Assembly: GCF_003918875.1 (NCBI RefSeq)
Contig: NW_025767356.1
Location: 310,001-374,000, forward strand
Direction: 5' to 3'
Origin: Haliotis rubra
Lineage: Eukaryota
DNA length: 64,000 nt
Shown: piece after piece, positions 11,597-26,051 of the stretch
How positions within the stretch are numbered: the stretch's first letter is position 1
How the letters are laid out: the number at the start of each line of letters is the position of its first letter
Notes under the pieces: model-generated
The model's database searches: none
What the model was told of the DNA's origin: nothing
The model's input: only the letters and a program-made list of their open reading frames with translations
Position numbers and translations under genes: made by a program

Positions 11597-14500
11597 CAAC
11601 CTAGTTACTAAGTCGCTGTCTTACCTTATCTCACAACGTTGTAACAACCTAGTTACTAAGTCGCTGTCTTACCTTATCTCACAACGTAATAACAACCTAG
11701 TTACTAAGTCGCTGTCTTACCTTATCTCACAACGTAATAACAACCTATTTAATAAATCACTACAACGTAATAACAACTGTCTAAGTCGTTCTTACCTTAT
11801 CTCACAACGTAATAACAACCTAGTTACTAAGTCGCTGTCTTACCTTATCTCACAACGTAATAACAACCTAGTTACTAAGTCGCTGTCTTACCTTATCTCA
11901 CAACGTAATAACAACCTAGTTACTAAGTCGCTGTCTTACCTTATCTCACAACGTAATAACAACCTACTCACTAAGTCGCTGTCTACCTTATCTCACAACG
12001 TAATAGAAACCTAGTTACTAAGTCGCTGTCTTACCTTATCTCACAACGTAATAGCAACCTAGTTACTAAGTCGCTGTCTTACCTTATCTCACAACGTAAT
12101 AACAACCTAGTTACTAAGTCGCTGTCTTACCTTATCTCACAACGTAATAACAACCTAGTTACTAAGTCGCTGTCTTACCTTATCTCACAACGTAATAACA
12201 ACCTAGTCACTAAGTCGCTGTCTTACCTTATCTCACAACGTAATAGCAACCTAGTTACTAAGTCGCTGTCTTACCTTATCTCACAACGTAATAACAACCT
12301 ACTCACTAAGTCGCTGTCTTACCTTATCTCACAACGTAATAGCAACCTAGTCACTAAGTCGCTGTCTTACCTTATCTCACAACGTAATAACAACCTACTC
12401 ACTAAGTCGCTGTCTTACCTTATCTCACAACGTAATAACAACCTAGTTACTAAGTCGCTGTCTTACCTTATCTCACAACGTAATAACAACCTAGTTACTA
12501 AGTCGCTGTCTTACCTTATCTCACAACGTAATAACAACCTAGTTACTAAGTCGCTGTCTTACCTTATCTCACAACGTAATAACAACCTAGTCACTAAGTC
12601 GCTGTCTTACCTTATCTCACAACGTAATAACAACCTAGTTACTAAGTCGCTGTCTTACCTTATCTCACAACGTAATAACAACCTAGTTACTAAGTCGCTG
12701 TCTTACCTTATCTCACAACGTAATAACAACCTACTTACTAAGTCGCTGTCTTATCTCTTATCTCACAACGTAATAACAACCTAGTTACTAAGTCGCTGTC
12801 TTACCTTATCTCACAACGTAATAACAACCTAGTTACTAAGTCGCTGTCTTAACTTATCTCACAACGTAATAACAACCTAGTTACTAAGTCGCTGTCTTAC
12901 CTTATCTCACAACGTAATAACAACCTAGTCACTAAGTCGCTGTCTTACCTTATCTCACAACGTAATAACAACCTAGTTACTAAGTCGCTGTCTTACCTTA
13001 TCTCACAACGTAATAACAACCTACTTACTAAGTCGCTGTCTTACCTTATCTCACAACGTAATAACAACCTAGTTACTAAGTCGCTGTCTTACCTTATCTC
13101 ACAACGTAAAAACAACCTAGTTACTAAGTCGCTGTCTTACCTTATCTCACAAACGTAATAACAACCTAGTTACTAAGTCGCTGTCTTACCTTATCTCACA
13201 ACGTAATAACAACCTACTCACTAAGTCGCTGTCTTACCTTATCTCACAACGTAATAACAACCTAGTTACTAAGTCGCTGTCTTACCTTATCTCACAACGT
13301 AATAACAACCTAGTCACTAAGTCGCTGTCTTACCTTATCTCACAACGTAATAACAACCTAGTTACTAAGTCGCTGTCTTACCTTATCTCACAACGTAATA
13401 ACAACCTAGTTACTAAGTCGCTGTCTTACCTTATCTCACAACGTAATAACAACCTAGTTACTAAGTCGCTGTCTTACCTTATCTCACAAACGTAATAACA
13501 ACCTAGTTAGTTACTAAGTCGCTGTCTTACCTTATCTCACAACGTAATAACAACCTACTTTACTAAGTCGCTGTCTTACCTTATCTCACAACGTAATAAC
13601 AACCTAGTTACTAAGTCGCTGTCTTACCTTATCTCACAACGTAATAACAACCTAGTTACTAAGTCGCTGTCTTACCTTATCTCACAACGTAATAACAACC
13701 TAGTTACTAAGTCGCTGTCTTACCTTATCTCACAACGTAATAGAAACGTAATAACAACCTACTCTACTAAGTCGCTGTCTTTGTCTTACCTTATCTCACA
13801 ACGTAATAACAACCTAGTTACTAAGTCGCTGTCTTACCTTATCTCACAACGTAATAACAACCTAGTTACTAAGTCGCTGTCTTACCTTATCTCACAACGT
13901 AATAACAACCTAGTTACTAAGTCGCTGTCTTACCTTATCTCACAACGTAATAACAACCTACTCACTAAGTCGCTGTCTTACCTTATCTCACAACGTAATA
14001 ACAACCTAGTCACTAAGTCGCTGTCTTACCTTATCTCACAACGTAATAACAACCTAGTTACTAAGTCGCTGTCTTACCTTATCTCACAACGTAATAACAA
14101 CCTAGTTCACTAAGTCGCTGTCTTACCTTATCTCACAACGTAATAGACAACCTAGTTACTAAGTCGCTGTCTTACCTTATCTCACAACGTAATAACAACC
14201 TAGTTACTAAGTCGCTGTCTTACCTTATCTCACAACGTAATAACAACCTAGTTACTAAGTCGCTGTCTTACCTTATCTCACAACGTAATAACAACCTAGT
14301 TACTAAGTCGCTGTCTTACCTTATCTCACAACGTAATAACAACCTAGTTACTAAGTCGCTGTCTTACCTTATCTCACAACGTAATAACAACCTAGTTACT
14401 AAGTCGCTGTCTTAACTTATCTCACAACGTAATAACAACCTAGTTACTAAGTCGCTGTCTTAACTTATCTCACAACGTAATAACAACCTAGTTACTAAGT

Positions 14501-17373
14501 CGCTGTCTTAACTTATCTCACAACGTAAAAACAACCTAGTTACTAAGTCGCTGTCTTACCTTATCTCACAACGTAATAACAACCTAGTTACTAAGTCGCT
14601 GTCTTACCTTATCTCACAACGTAATAAAACAACCTACTCACTAAGTCGCTGTCTTACCTTATCTCACAACGTAATAACAACCTAGTTACTAAGTCGCTGT
14701 CTTACCTTATCTCACAACGTAATAACAACCTAGTTACTAAGTCGCTGTCTTACCTTATCTCACAACGTAATAACAACCTAGTCACTAAGTCGCTGTCTTA
14801 CCTTATCTCTCACAACGTAATAACAACCTAGTTACTAAGTCGCTGTCTTACCTTATCTCACAACGTAATAACAACCTAGTTACTAAGTCGCTGTCTTACC
14901 TTATCTCACAACGTAATAACAACCTAGTTACTAAGTCGCTGTCTTTACCTTATCTCACAACGTAATAACAACCTAGTTACTAAGTCGCTGTCTTACCTTA
15001 TCTCACAACGTAATAACAACCTACTCACTAAGTCGCTGTCTTACCTTATCTCACAACGTAATAACAACCTAGTTACTAAGTCGCTGTCTTACCTTATCTC
15101 ACAACGTAATAACAACCTAGTTACTAAGTCGCTGTCTTACCTTATCTCACAACGTAATAGAAACCTAGTTACTAAGTCGCTGTCTTACCTTATCTCACAA
15201 CGTAATAACAACCTAGTTACTAAGTCGCTGTCTTACCTTATCTCACAACGTAATAACAACCTACTCACTAAGTCGCTGTCTACCTTATCTCACAACGTAA
15301 TAGAAACCTACCTAGTTACTAAGTCGCTGTCTTACCTTATCTCACAACGTAATAGCAACCTAGTTACTAAGTCGCTGTCTTACCTTATCTCACAACGTAA
15401 TAACAACCTAGTTACTAAGTCGCTGTCTTTACCTTATCTCACAACGTAATAACAACCTAGTTACTAAGTCGCTGTCTTACCTTATCTCACAACGTAATAA
15501 CAACCTAGTTACTAAGTCGCTGTCTTACCTTATCTCACAACGTAATAACAACCTAATAGCAACCTACTAAGTCGCTGTCTTACCTTATCTCACAACGTAA
15601 TAACAACCTAGTTACTAAGTCGCTGTCTTACCTTATCTCACAACGTAAAAACAACCTAGTTACTAAGTCGCTGTCTTACCTTATCTCACAACGTAATAAC
15701 AACCTAGTTACTAAGTCGCTGTCTTACCTTATCTCACAACGTAATAACAACCTAGTTACTAAGTCGCTGTCTTACCTTATCTCACAACGTAATAACAACC
15801 TACTCACTAAGTCGCTGTCTTACCTTATCTCACAACGTAAAAACAACCTAGTTACTAAGTCGCTGTCTTAACTTATCTCACAACGTAATAACAACCTAGT
15901 TACTAAGTCGCTGTCTTACCTTATCTCACAACGTAATAACAACCTAGTTACTAAGTCGCTGTCTTACCTTATCTCACAACGTAATAACAACCTAGTTACT
16001 AAGTCGCTGTCTTACCTTATCTCACAAACGTAATAACAACCTAGTTACTAAGTCGCTGTCTTACCTTATCTCACAACGTAATAACAACCTAGTTACTAAG
16101 TCGCTGTCTTACCTTATCTCACAAAACGTAATAGCAACCTAGTTACTAAGTCGCTGTCTTACCTTATCTCACAACGTAATAACAACCTAGTTACTAAGTC
16201 GCTGTCTTACCTTATCTCACAACGTAATAACAACCTAGTTACTAAGTCGCTGTCTTACCTTATCTCACAACGTAATAACAACCTACTCACTAAGTCGCTG
16301 TCTTACCTTATCTCACAACGTAATAACAACCTAGTTACTAAGTCGCTGTCTTACCTTATCTCACAACGTAATAACAACCTAGTTACTAAGTCGCTGTCTT
16401 ACCTTATCTCACAACGTAATAACAACCTAGTTACTAAGTCGCTGTCTTACCTTATCTCACAACGTAATAACAACCTAGTCACTAAGTCGCTGTCTTACCT
16501 TATCTCACAACGTAATAACAACCCTGGAACCTAAGTCGCTCTTACTTATCTCACAACGTAATAACAACCTAGTAACTAAGTCTCTTACAAATCTCACAAC
16601 GTAATAACAACCTAGTTACTAAGTCGCTGTCTTAACTTATCTCACAACGTAAAAACAACCTAGTTACTAAGTCGCTGTCTTACCTTATCTCACAACGTAA
16701 TAACAACCTAGTTACTAAGTCGCTGTCTTAACTTATCTCACAACGTAAAACAACCTAGTTACTAAGTCGCTGTCTTAACTTATCTCACAACGTAAAAACA
16801 ACCTAGTTACTAAGTCGCTGTCTTAACTTATCTCACAACGTAAAAACAACCTAGTTACTAAGTCGCTGTCTTACCTTATCTCACAAACGTAATAACAACC
16901 TAGTTACTAAGTCGCTGTCTTACCTTATCTCACAACGTAATAACAACCTACTCACTAAGTCGCTGTCTTACCTTATCTCACAACGTAATAACAACCTAGT
17001 TACTAAGTCGCTGTCTTAACTTATCTCACAACGTAAAAACAACCTAGTTACTAAGTCGCTGTCTTAACTTATCTCACAACGTAAAAGCAACCTGAAACCT
17101 ATTTACTAAGTCGCTGTCTTACCTTATCTCACAACGTAATAACAACCTAGTTACCTTTTACTTCACAAGTCGCTGTCTTACCTTATCTCACAACGTAAAA
17201 ACAACCTAGTTACTAAGTCGCTGTCTTATCCTTATCTCATCAACGTAATAACAACCTACTTACTAAGTCGCTGTCTTACCTTATCTCACAACGTAATAAA
17301 ACCCTAGTTACTAAGTCGCTGTCTTACCTTATCTCACAACGTAATAACAACCTAGTTACTAAGTCGCTGTCTT
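11597..17373. repeat. 48-bp satellite (AACCTAGTTACTAAGTCGCTGTCTTACCTTATCTCACAACGTAATAAC)n, ~120 copies
   Basis: Highly homogeneous head-to-tail array with no unique spacers; 16-aa repeat in the ORF track. Confidence 0.98.
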
Positions 17374-17980
17374 ATGCTGCAATTCCTTTCCTCTTAAGTT
17401 CAACATATGCATTAACGCATGTTGCAGTGTTTGGTCCTTCAGTATTGCAATATGTAGTGTGTTTCTATCGGCGGTTGACGTTTCGTTGACAGATTCTATT
17501 GATATCCATTTTGATAGTTTTTATGTTTCGCCTTTTTAACATACATCAAAGGATAAGTTGAACTGAAGTTAATTTGGCACAGGCATTTGAAGAGGGAAGG
17601 CGATGTGATACTGAATACATGTTGTGTTAACGATCTGTTTGTGTGTGAGCGTGTGACGATCATCCTGGTCCACTGATCCTACAAAGCTGTGGCTAATGCT
17701 CCAGTAAACAACCACGTTATCAATATCCACTGACTCAAAAAAGATTACTGGTCCCTTCAGAAACAAATCGGAACTGTAAAACAATAAGTGGACTGTAGGC
17801 CTTGCCTTTCTGTATGAATTATTCGTCATAATTAATTTCATTTATATCAAATCGCTATGACAAGAATTGTGAACCGAGCATACGGATAATGTGTTAATAT
17901 GGGAAGTATGTCACCCTTCTGTGTTAAACAGACAGCATTGATCCGTAACCTGGAACTTTAAAATCATATTTGTATTTCGG

Positions 17981-18182
17981 TGCAAGGTGACACCACTACA
18001 TAGAGAGGTCCATGTTGGACCACTTGAAGGGTGGGGTTGGGGACAGAATGCAAGGTGACTGGACCACTTTCAGTATAGAGGAGTGGGGTTGGGGACAGTA
18101 TGCAAGGTGACTGGACCACTTTCAGTATAGAGGAGTGGGGTTGGGGGCAGTATGCAAGGTGACTGGACCACTTTCAGTATAG
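17981..18182. repeat. ~52-bp minisatellite, 3-4 copies
   Basis: TGCAAGGTGACTGGACCACTTTCAGTATAGAGGAGTGGGGTTGGGGACAGTA repeated. Confidence 0.85.
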
Positions 18183-18802
18183 AATCTCCGGCCATTCACG
18201 ACCATGATACGTTAACAACAGACAGATAAGAAGGGTGATGTCTGCGGAGGTCTTTCAGCCTAGACGTGGAAAGCATACCTGTGGTTTTGTTTGTTATTTA
18301 ACTTGTTCAATAAGCAATCCTCTTGAACCACACGGATTCATGTAATGATGCGTGATCCGTATGTGTTCACCAACAACAGAATGAAAACAGAATGATAGCA
18401 AACATATTTACATGTTTAGGCTGTGTTTAAACAAACAAACAAACAAACCAAGACATGTACATGATATTGTCGCGATTGTAAAATCGTCTTTACAGATGTT
18501 TCTTCTGGATTGTGGAAAGGGGTTTGTGTGTTGTATTAAGGTTATTAATGTTATTTAAATCATGTTGTAACACTCAGATGACATGTACCAATCCTCTGTT
18601 TGTAAATCAAATACATGAGGGCATATTGTTTCCTCTTAGATAAGGCACTTTTATCAGATTGCCCTGCACAATGTAGCCGTATCAGCTGAAACAGTCATGG
18701 CGAGTCATTTAATTGCTACGAAGCAGGAAGCTGAGTCACACTGCATGTACCGTGTACGCGAGTTGTTGACAGTCAGTATTTACAAAGCGGCCTGTGTGAA
18801 GG

Positions 18803-21800
18803 ATGGCGTCAGTGTCCATCTCCCGTCTAAAACCTGTATTGACAGTATTGATACTGATGATAGCGTGGCACACAGACAGTACTACCAGCAACAATACTAC
18901 AGGTGAGTGGACAGTAATGTTTTAGTCACGTGTATTGAGGCTCTCTCGCTGGGACACAAGTACAGGTGGAAGTGCAGGTGTTTTGGTGATATTATAATTA
19001 GATTTCCTGCTTAGATTTAGCAAGTTGATCTGAGTTTTATTGGAGTAATTGTAGATATCGATAACTGACACTGAATAAAAGAATTGATTAACCATGAATG
19101 TTTATAACAACCAGAATATCAGAAAAACTATTGATATCGCATCTACAAGCATCACTTTCTACAGTTCATAGTTATGGAAATTAACGTCAGTTGATAAGTT
19201 CGCTTGACCAGTAAAGCCCTAAAGGTTATAATACGAAAGAGTCAACGAGTTAGGTGTTAATGACAACAGATACTTGGTGATGAACTATGTACGAACCAGC
19301 ATCAACTGCTTCCTGATTCGACATTAAGTAACACATGCTTCTGTAGTATAGGACATAGATATTTCGGAATATAATTCTTGTTTCGTCAACACTATTACCT
19401 TGTAAATCATCCGTACGTCGTGTCAGCGGTAACGAGTACACAAAGTTATTTGGTTCACAACATGCGAAGGGCTGAACAAAAACGTATACCTCACTATTAA
19501 CAGTTATGCACTAGATACAGAATACTACAATAATACATCACATAGACGGTTTGGTAACATCCAAGTCTACAAAAGATGATCACAGAATACACGATAACAA
19601 GTCCAGATGTAATGGCGGTAAAACTTCACCCCAGCATATTCACTGTTTACAGTTATTTATTAGATATCAAATAAAACAAAACAAATACAATTTTGTGGAT
19701 TTATTTCAGAATCTTCATCAAATATTACAGAGTTCATGACGACAAGTTCAAATAGCAATAACGGTAAAACTGTCACCACACCATACTCACTATTTACAGT
19801 TATGTACTAGATAGGGGCGGTGGGGTAGCCTAGTGGTTAAAGCGTTGGCTCGTCACGCCGAAGACCCGGGTTCGATTCCCCACATGGGTACAATGTGAGA
19901 AGCCCATTTCTGGTGTCCATGATATTGCTGGAATATTGCTATAAGTGGCGTAAAACCCAAATCACTCACTCACTATGTACTAGATATCTAATATATATAC
20001 GAGTTCAATATCACTGTATATCATCCACATATTCACCGTGAAAGGTAATCTATTTGATAATAAAGCATCACATATCACAGTACAGCTTCAGCATATATTT
20101 GTAGCTGGTCATTAGATATCCAATAAATCAAGAGTCACCTATCACGACGTATCTCCCGCATATTCACTATTTGCAGTTGTGCATTAGATATTTAATAAAA
20201 CAGCACCTATCACGATGTATCTTCAGCATATTCACTATTTGCAGTTGTGCATTAGATATTTAATAAAACAGCACCTATCACGACGTATCTTCAGCATATT
20301 CACTATTTGCAGTTGGGCATTAGATATTTAATAAAAGTTATTGCATTAGATATTTAATGCAACAGCAGCCATCTGACGATGTCAGCACATATCACGCAGT
20401 TGTGCATTAGATATCAGCCATATCACGATGTATCTTCATATTCACTATTTGCAGTTGTGCATTAGATATCTAATAAAACAGCATATCACGACGTATCTTC
20501 AGCATATTCACTATTTGCAGTTGTGCATTAGATATTTAATAAAATAGCACATATCACGACGTATCTTCAGCATATTCACTATTTGCAGTTGTGCATTAGA
20601 TATCTAATAAAACAGCACCTATCACGACGTATCTTCAGCATATTCACTATTTGCAGTTGTGCATTAGATATCTAATAAAACAGCACCTATCACGACGTAT
20701 CTTCAGCATATTCACTATTTGCAGTTGTGCATTAGATAATATCTAATAAAACAACACATATCTGGCGGTATATCTTCAGCATTTTTACTACTTGCAAATG
20801 TGTATTATATATAATAGAAAACATCACATAAACAGTTTTAATATATTTCAGAATCTCCAACAAACTCCACGTCAAGTCTCAAGAGCAGCAATGGTCAACC
20901 TGTCACCATCAATTGTACGAAACTATTTTGTTATTTTCTTCATGTATATTACATTTGGTAATAACTTTCCTGTGTATTCTACTAGTAAACACTTCTACTT
21001 TGTGAATGCATTGAGCCTTGAACATGACTAATATCATGTGTTGGTATGATTTAATACAATATACGAGTTTTTTTGTGAGAATGAGTTGAGTGGTGAACAG
21101 CATCCAATCATGTTGACGATATCTTACCCAGCGTCCACTTCTAGATTGAATCTGGGAATTGTCTTGTGTGTGATCCTCGGTCTGTGAGCTCTGTTCCCAA
21201 GTTCATGTAATATCCAAACTGAATTATATTAATCAACAGATAACTCCCTACCGAAAAGACTGAATTATATAGTTTTCGCCGCTCAACAGATAACTTACTT
21301 CCTATCATGGGGGAATCAACCCGGGTCTTCGGCGTGACGAGCCAACGCTTTAACCACTGACGGACTCCCCTCCTTTGGTGTTCATGTCTAATATACGACT
21401 CTTTGGTGTTAGTTAGAATAGGACGGTGAGTAAAGCAGCCTGGGTCGAGCCCTGTGTTTTCGATGGGGTGTTCGCCATAACTACTAGTTAAAATCAAATG
21501 AGATAAGTACAAATGATCCGAGGAGTTTGACAACAGATACACAGATTTCACTGAAATTTACTTACACACTTTCTTTGTGTTCCCTACAGAGAAATACCCG
21601 ACATGGTGTGACGTATGTGCTGAAACTAAGTAAATGTCATTGTGTCTCTTCCTCAGGTTACATTACATATGAATCCTCCTGTGTTGCTCTCAATTGGTCG
21701 GCAGCAGAGACAGACTGCATCAACAAGAACGCCACTATATTCACTTTACTGGATTTAGCTACAACCATCGGCGGGAAGTATTACTGAAAGCCAGAGCTGA

Positions 21801-24800
21801 ACATACCACCATATGGATAGGGAACAATGGTAAACCTGAAACTTAACTTTCATTGATATAAAGCTGTTACAATGAACTACAGGTCTAGAATTCTGTTTCG
21901 TGCGCCACCAGGCTAGAACAGTAAAACTAGTTTGCTGTAAACTGACAGTGATCAACCATTGTTGAAAACGCAACATGTATATGGTTACAAACCACCTTTA
22001 TACATTCACCGAATAGTATGTTTAAACCAACAGGAACCACCTGCAAGACATCTGTCAATGACTCATTCCTCCCGGCAAACTGTAGTGACACCAACTATTA
22101 TGTCTGCAAAGGGAACACAAGTACCAGTAAGTATTTTGACAGAGAGAATCCTATCACAATTTACAGGAAATGATGCATTTTCTTGGCTTAGAATATACTC
22201 AGTTCGACATGCTGGTAGAGCAGCCTTCCAAGGGATGAAAGTGTTCTTAATACCATATACCCTGAACTCAGGTGTGATGAGGACAAGCATCAACATATTT
22301 ATAATTTACTGTCGGAGACGGTCACTGATATATGCACCTATGCATATGATGATAAACCATATTCAGTGTGGAAACACTTCCTATATATTGTACTAAACAA
22401 GCATGTACGACCTGCCATACAGCGCACGGGGAGCCATTCCTCCAGGCAAACTGTAGTCACACAATAAGAGGGAGCCTTATCACGAGGGTATACGGTCTCA
22501 TCTACCCTCTGTGTTGCCGTGCACCAGGGCGACCATGTTTGTTTGATTATTGGGTAAACTTGGGTAAACACAGCTATATGCAAACTACAGTTAGCAATTC
22601 ATATTCAAGATATTGTTCTCTCACGACAACGAAAACTGCTAACAATTAAAGCAAACAAGCAACAACAACAAAAACAGAGAAAAAGTCTCACAAAGGTCTG
22701 TACCGTGTGACCTCTGAAGCAGCTGATAGAAAACTGATTTTCCAAATGACTGTGTCTGGCTCATCCCACAGGAGGAAGTAATTTTCTAACAATAACAATG
22801 ACGTTCTGAACGTTACAATTCTAAGGAACAATCAGATATTTGGACTGTCGCCCGAATAGAGGGGTTCATTGTAGGATCGAAAACTCGCGAAATACGTCAT
22901 CCAGATCGAGCTCGGTTTCTCCCTGCTGGCGTGGTCCAGCAACAGGCAGTTGATTTTGTGTATGACATGCATGGGGGCACTTATTTTGTACATATATTTT
23001 TTCTCTGGGGGGCAATTAACATTGTACATGCTTCTCCATAAAAAGCATCATCACACACCCTAGCCATAAATTATGAACGGTCCCTAAACGTGATTGCATA
23101 TAAGATATACACCAAACTAACATATTTTGAGGACAGGGCCAATGGTAGATGCACCTATAAAAACATGTGAAGTATGTAACAGTACTCACTGACAACACGT
23201 TGAAAAACTGACTAAGTTCCTTCCGTTGGCTAACACAGCTCGAAGTGACGAGTTACAAAATTATGTAACTCATATGACATGCCTTCAGTGGATGCAGCAT
23301 GATAAATAGTATACGACAGAAGGTTCCTATTGTGTGTCATGTTTATCCTATATTGACAGGTCCTGATTGGTACGTACCATGTCGGGAGGGATCCACGGAC
23401 ACATCTACACAAGGTACAAGTGTTGTACACAGTTGTACTTCTCAAAATACAAATGGTGTTGTGTCCGCTATGTGGTATTCACATTGATAGGCGAAAACGA
23501 ATATGTTTTGACAGACAGACAGACAATTTATTTCGAGTATTCAAGGCCATGGCCCATATTACAAAAGGGTTTTAACAGGTGTATTCATGCTGGTCATATT
23601 ACAGGTATCGTGTCATCGGACGAGACAAGCAAACAAAAAGCTCTGGTAAAATAACAGAGATGCTAACTAAACTATCACACAATATTTCAGCATATGTACT
23701 GAAGATCTAATTATAATTTGTTGTATTTCTTATCCTAAAGGCTTTATATAAAAACCTTGCCAAACTTAATATCACAATCTTATCAGTGCTTGACATAATT
23801 CTAACAAAATTGTCTATAGAAGGGCTATTTCTTATGCTATTAAGAAGACATTCTCTTCTTTCGGCTTCATAACGCTGACAGATCATCAAGACATGAAATT
23901 CATCTTCAACAAGAAATATTTTTATTATGACAATATAAGCAAAATCTTTCACTAGCAGTTAAATTGCAATGCCTTCCTGTTTCAATTGCTAGCCTGAAAT
24001 TATTACACCTGAAATTACAGATAACAGTTCTTAAATGCTGTGGAATGACAATTGAAAGATAAGACTCAACATGTAGCATTGTTTTAAATTGACAATAAGT
24101 TTGGGCAATATGGACAAACAAAACAGGGCGATATTGACAAAAAAGACTTCTCGATTTGTGCTTCACATATTCAGTTTGGTAATGATGACAAATGCAAGGC
24201 ATGTAAGAATGTATCGACGATTCTCTTGCATCACAGTTTACCCACTTTTTCCTTGACAAGTGCAAATTTACCTTCCTGTAGATAATGGGATTTTGTAGTT
24301 TTACAGACAACGGTTGGTATACTTTTACCCGAGTAAGGGGTATCACAGTATGTTGTGCATGCATTTAGTTGCCTCCCTTGGACTTTCCAGGAACTTGTGG
24401 TCGTAGGTTTCTATTTCGGTAAGGGCACAAAGTTGCATATGAAAGTCATATATAGATATTATGGTCATGTATCTTGCGTCACTTATTGGTTCCCAGGGCC
24501 ATGATTGTGCTACTGTATGATAATCACAAAGACAGGAAGTTGGACGCACCTTAGTTGTTTGTGTGTTGTTCCAGGATCTTCAGGATCGACAGCACTGAAT
24601 TTGGCAACGACAACCCAAGGTTCAAACAGTAAAGGTACTATTGATGACTGTAAAACCATCTAATGTTACATTGTCGTTTGATCATCTTTTTCTTCAAAAT
24701 TGATTGTGTTATTAAGTGGGTAAAGTAATTAATATCACAAGATTAAGTTCGAGCTGCAAATGTTCAGTCACCCCTTTTCTATATAATGGTGTTTCACATT

Positions 24801-25477
24801 TAATTTATAAAATTTAACAGTGACCGTACATGAGCTCATACAAAATATCCATTTTCATATTTGTTCTTGGTTACAGTCATCGCTTCTGCGACCTGTGTTA
24901 TAGTGGCTCTCGTTGCTGTGTTCATCCTCTCAGGCATCTGCATCATTAAACGGTACGATTTATGTTTTTTGTAAATGAGTCAATACGTCTGTAAATATAA
25001 GTAGGTATCTATTAGATAAAAACAAAAATCTCTATTACCTTCACCCAACAACCTCTCATCTGTCCATTTGACCCTTCTCTGCATGCCCTGTTGTCTTCCT
25101 TCAGCAACAAGAAACCCATCAAGTATGCCGTGAGGGCTGAGAGCGCCATGTATCACAAACAACACCCGGATCCTGCTCAAGTAGAAGAACCAAAACTGGC
25201 AGATGTACAGATGGTTGTTAGTTCGACAGAAGCCGGCATTGGGAACGGTGGCATTGACGGAAGACCGGACGGAGAATATGACATTCTGTGTGGTGTAATG
25301 GGCAGTGAGGGGAAAGCTGCCACGTCGGATACCACGACCGTGTACAGTCATCTACGTGGAAATATCGCAGCAGATGATTCTAAGGAAGAAAACCATTATG
25401 ACACCGCAACGCTGCCACAATATGACAGGAGACCTGTAGACAAGATATATGACAGACTACATGTACCTGACCAGTAG
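18803..25477 (+). CDS. CTL-C: compact C-type-lectin-like type-I receptor with ITSM-like tail (~309 aa if a 1-nt deletion is corrected; otherwise a pseudogene)
   Basis: Exons: 18803-18902 (signal MASVSISRLKPVLTVLILMIAWHTDS); 21657-21829 (173 nt, versus 174 needed; AA at 21776-77 where CTL-B has AAA, giving TGA at 21785; corrected frame gives TIWIGNN); 22034-22126; 23360-23413; 24575-24634; 24877-24952 (TM); 25105-25477 (GEYDIL, TTVYSHL, ENHYD, YDRRPVDKIYD). Confidence 0.8.
19814..19973 (+). mobile_element. tRNA-derived SINE, family 1, with 13-bp TSD
   Basis: A/B boxes, (ACTC)n tail, flanked by TATGTACTAGATA on both sides. Confidence 0.9.
20090..20790. repeat. 68-bp minisatellite in CTL-C intron 1
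   Basis: Unit ATTTGCAGTTGTGCATTAGATATCTAATAAAACAGCACCTATCACGACGTATCTTCAGCATATTCACT, ~10 copies; diverged copies extend further on both sides. Confidence 0.9.
23510..24095 (-). mobile_element. LINE 3' fragment inserted in CTL-C intron 4
   Basis: Minus-strand FRCNNFRLAIETGRH...RFCLYC...VEDEFHVLMICQRY is a non-LTR ORF2 C-terminal Cys/His motif; (TGTC)n tail; absent from the aligned CTL-B intron. Confidence 0.85.
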
Positions 25478-25668
25478 AATACTCATATTTAGTAACAAGG
25501 ATATATAAAATACATATTACTGGTGTACTAGACAGTGCTTGTAAGCTGAATTGAGAATTGTGTTGATAGGGACAAGAATTGGTTCCCACTTTACAGCTAT
25601 CGTAAAGACTTCAGTAAACACTCCATCTCCCCGGTTCAAGATGTATTAGAAAGCTTCATAAGGCTGTA

Positions 25669-26051
25669 CAGTCCGTTTGAGACAAAATGATACCGATGAA
25701 TTGCAATCTAACACTAAAACAAATAGACATAAAAGAATCAAACCAACGCGGAGTGCAATAAAAACAACAGACCAACTCTAGAAAAAAAATAGAGAATTTT
25801 TGTCACAAAAATATATAAGTTGTCTCGCTTTTCGTGCGGTTCCTTTAGTTGCCACCGCGCCCTTGTAACCAACTGGGAAGACGCACAAATAAATGATGAC
25901 AGTGTTTTAAACAACTTTTGTATTTTTGCGATTTTTTTCTAGAGTTGGTCTGTTGTTTTTATTGCAGTCCGCGTTGGTTTGATTCTTTTATGTCTATTTG
26001 TTTTTGTGTTAGATTGCAATTCATCGGTACCATTTTGTCTCAAACGAACTG
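25669..26051. mobile_element. Tc1/mariner-type MITE with ~125-bp TIRs
   Basis: TA|CAGTCCGTTTGAGACAAAATG ... CATTTTGTCTCAAACGAACTG|TA; long near-perfect inverted repeats and TA target duplication. Confidence 0.9.

Noticed and set aside
11597-17373. CRISPR-like array or repeat protein ORF (13781-14113)
   Set aside because: Monomers are contiguous with no unique spacers, there are no cas genes, the context is eukaryotic, and frequent indels break the frame.
19814-19885. tRNA genes at SINE heads
   Set aside because: A/B boxes continue into a SINE body with tail and TSDs; these are not stand-alone tRNAs.
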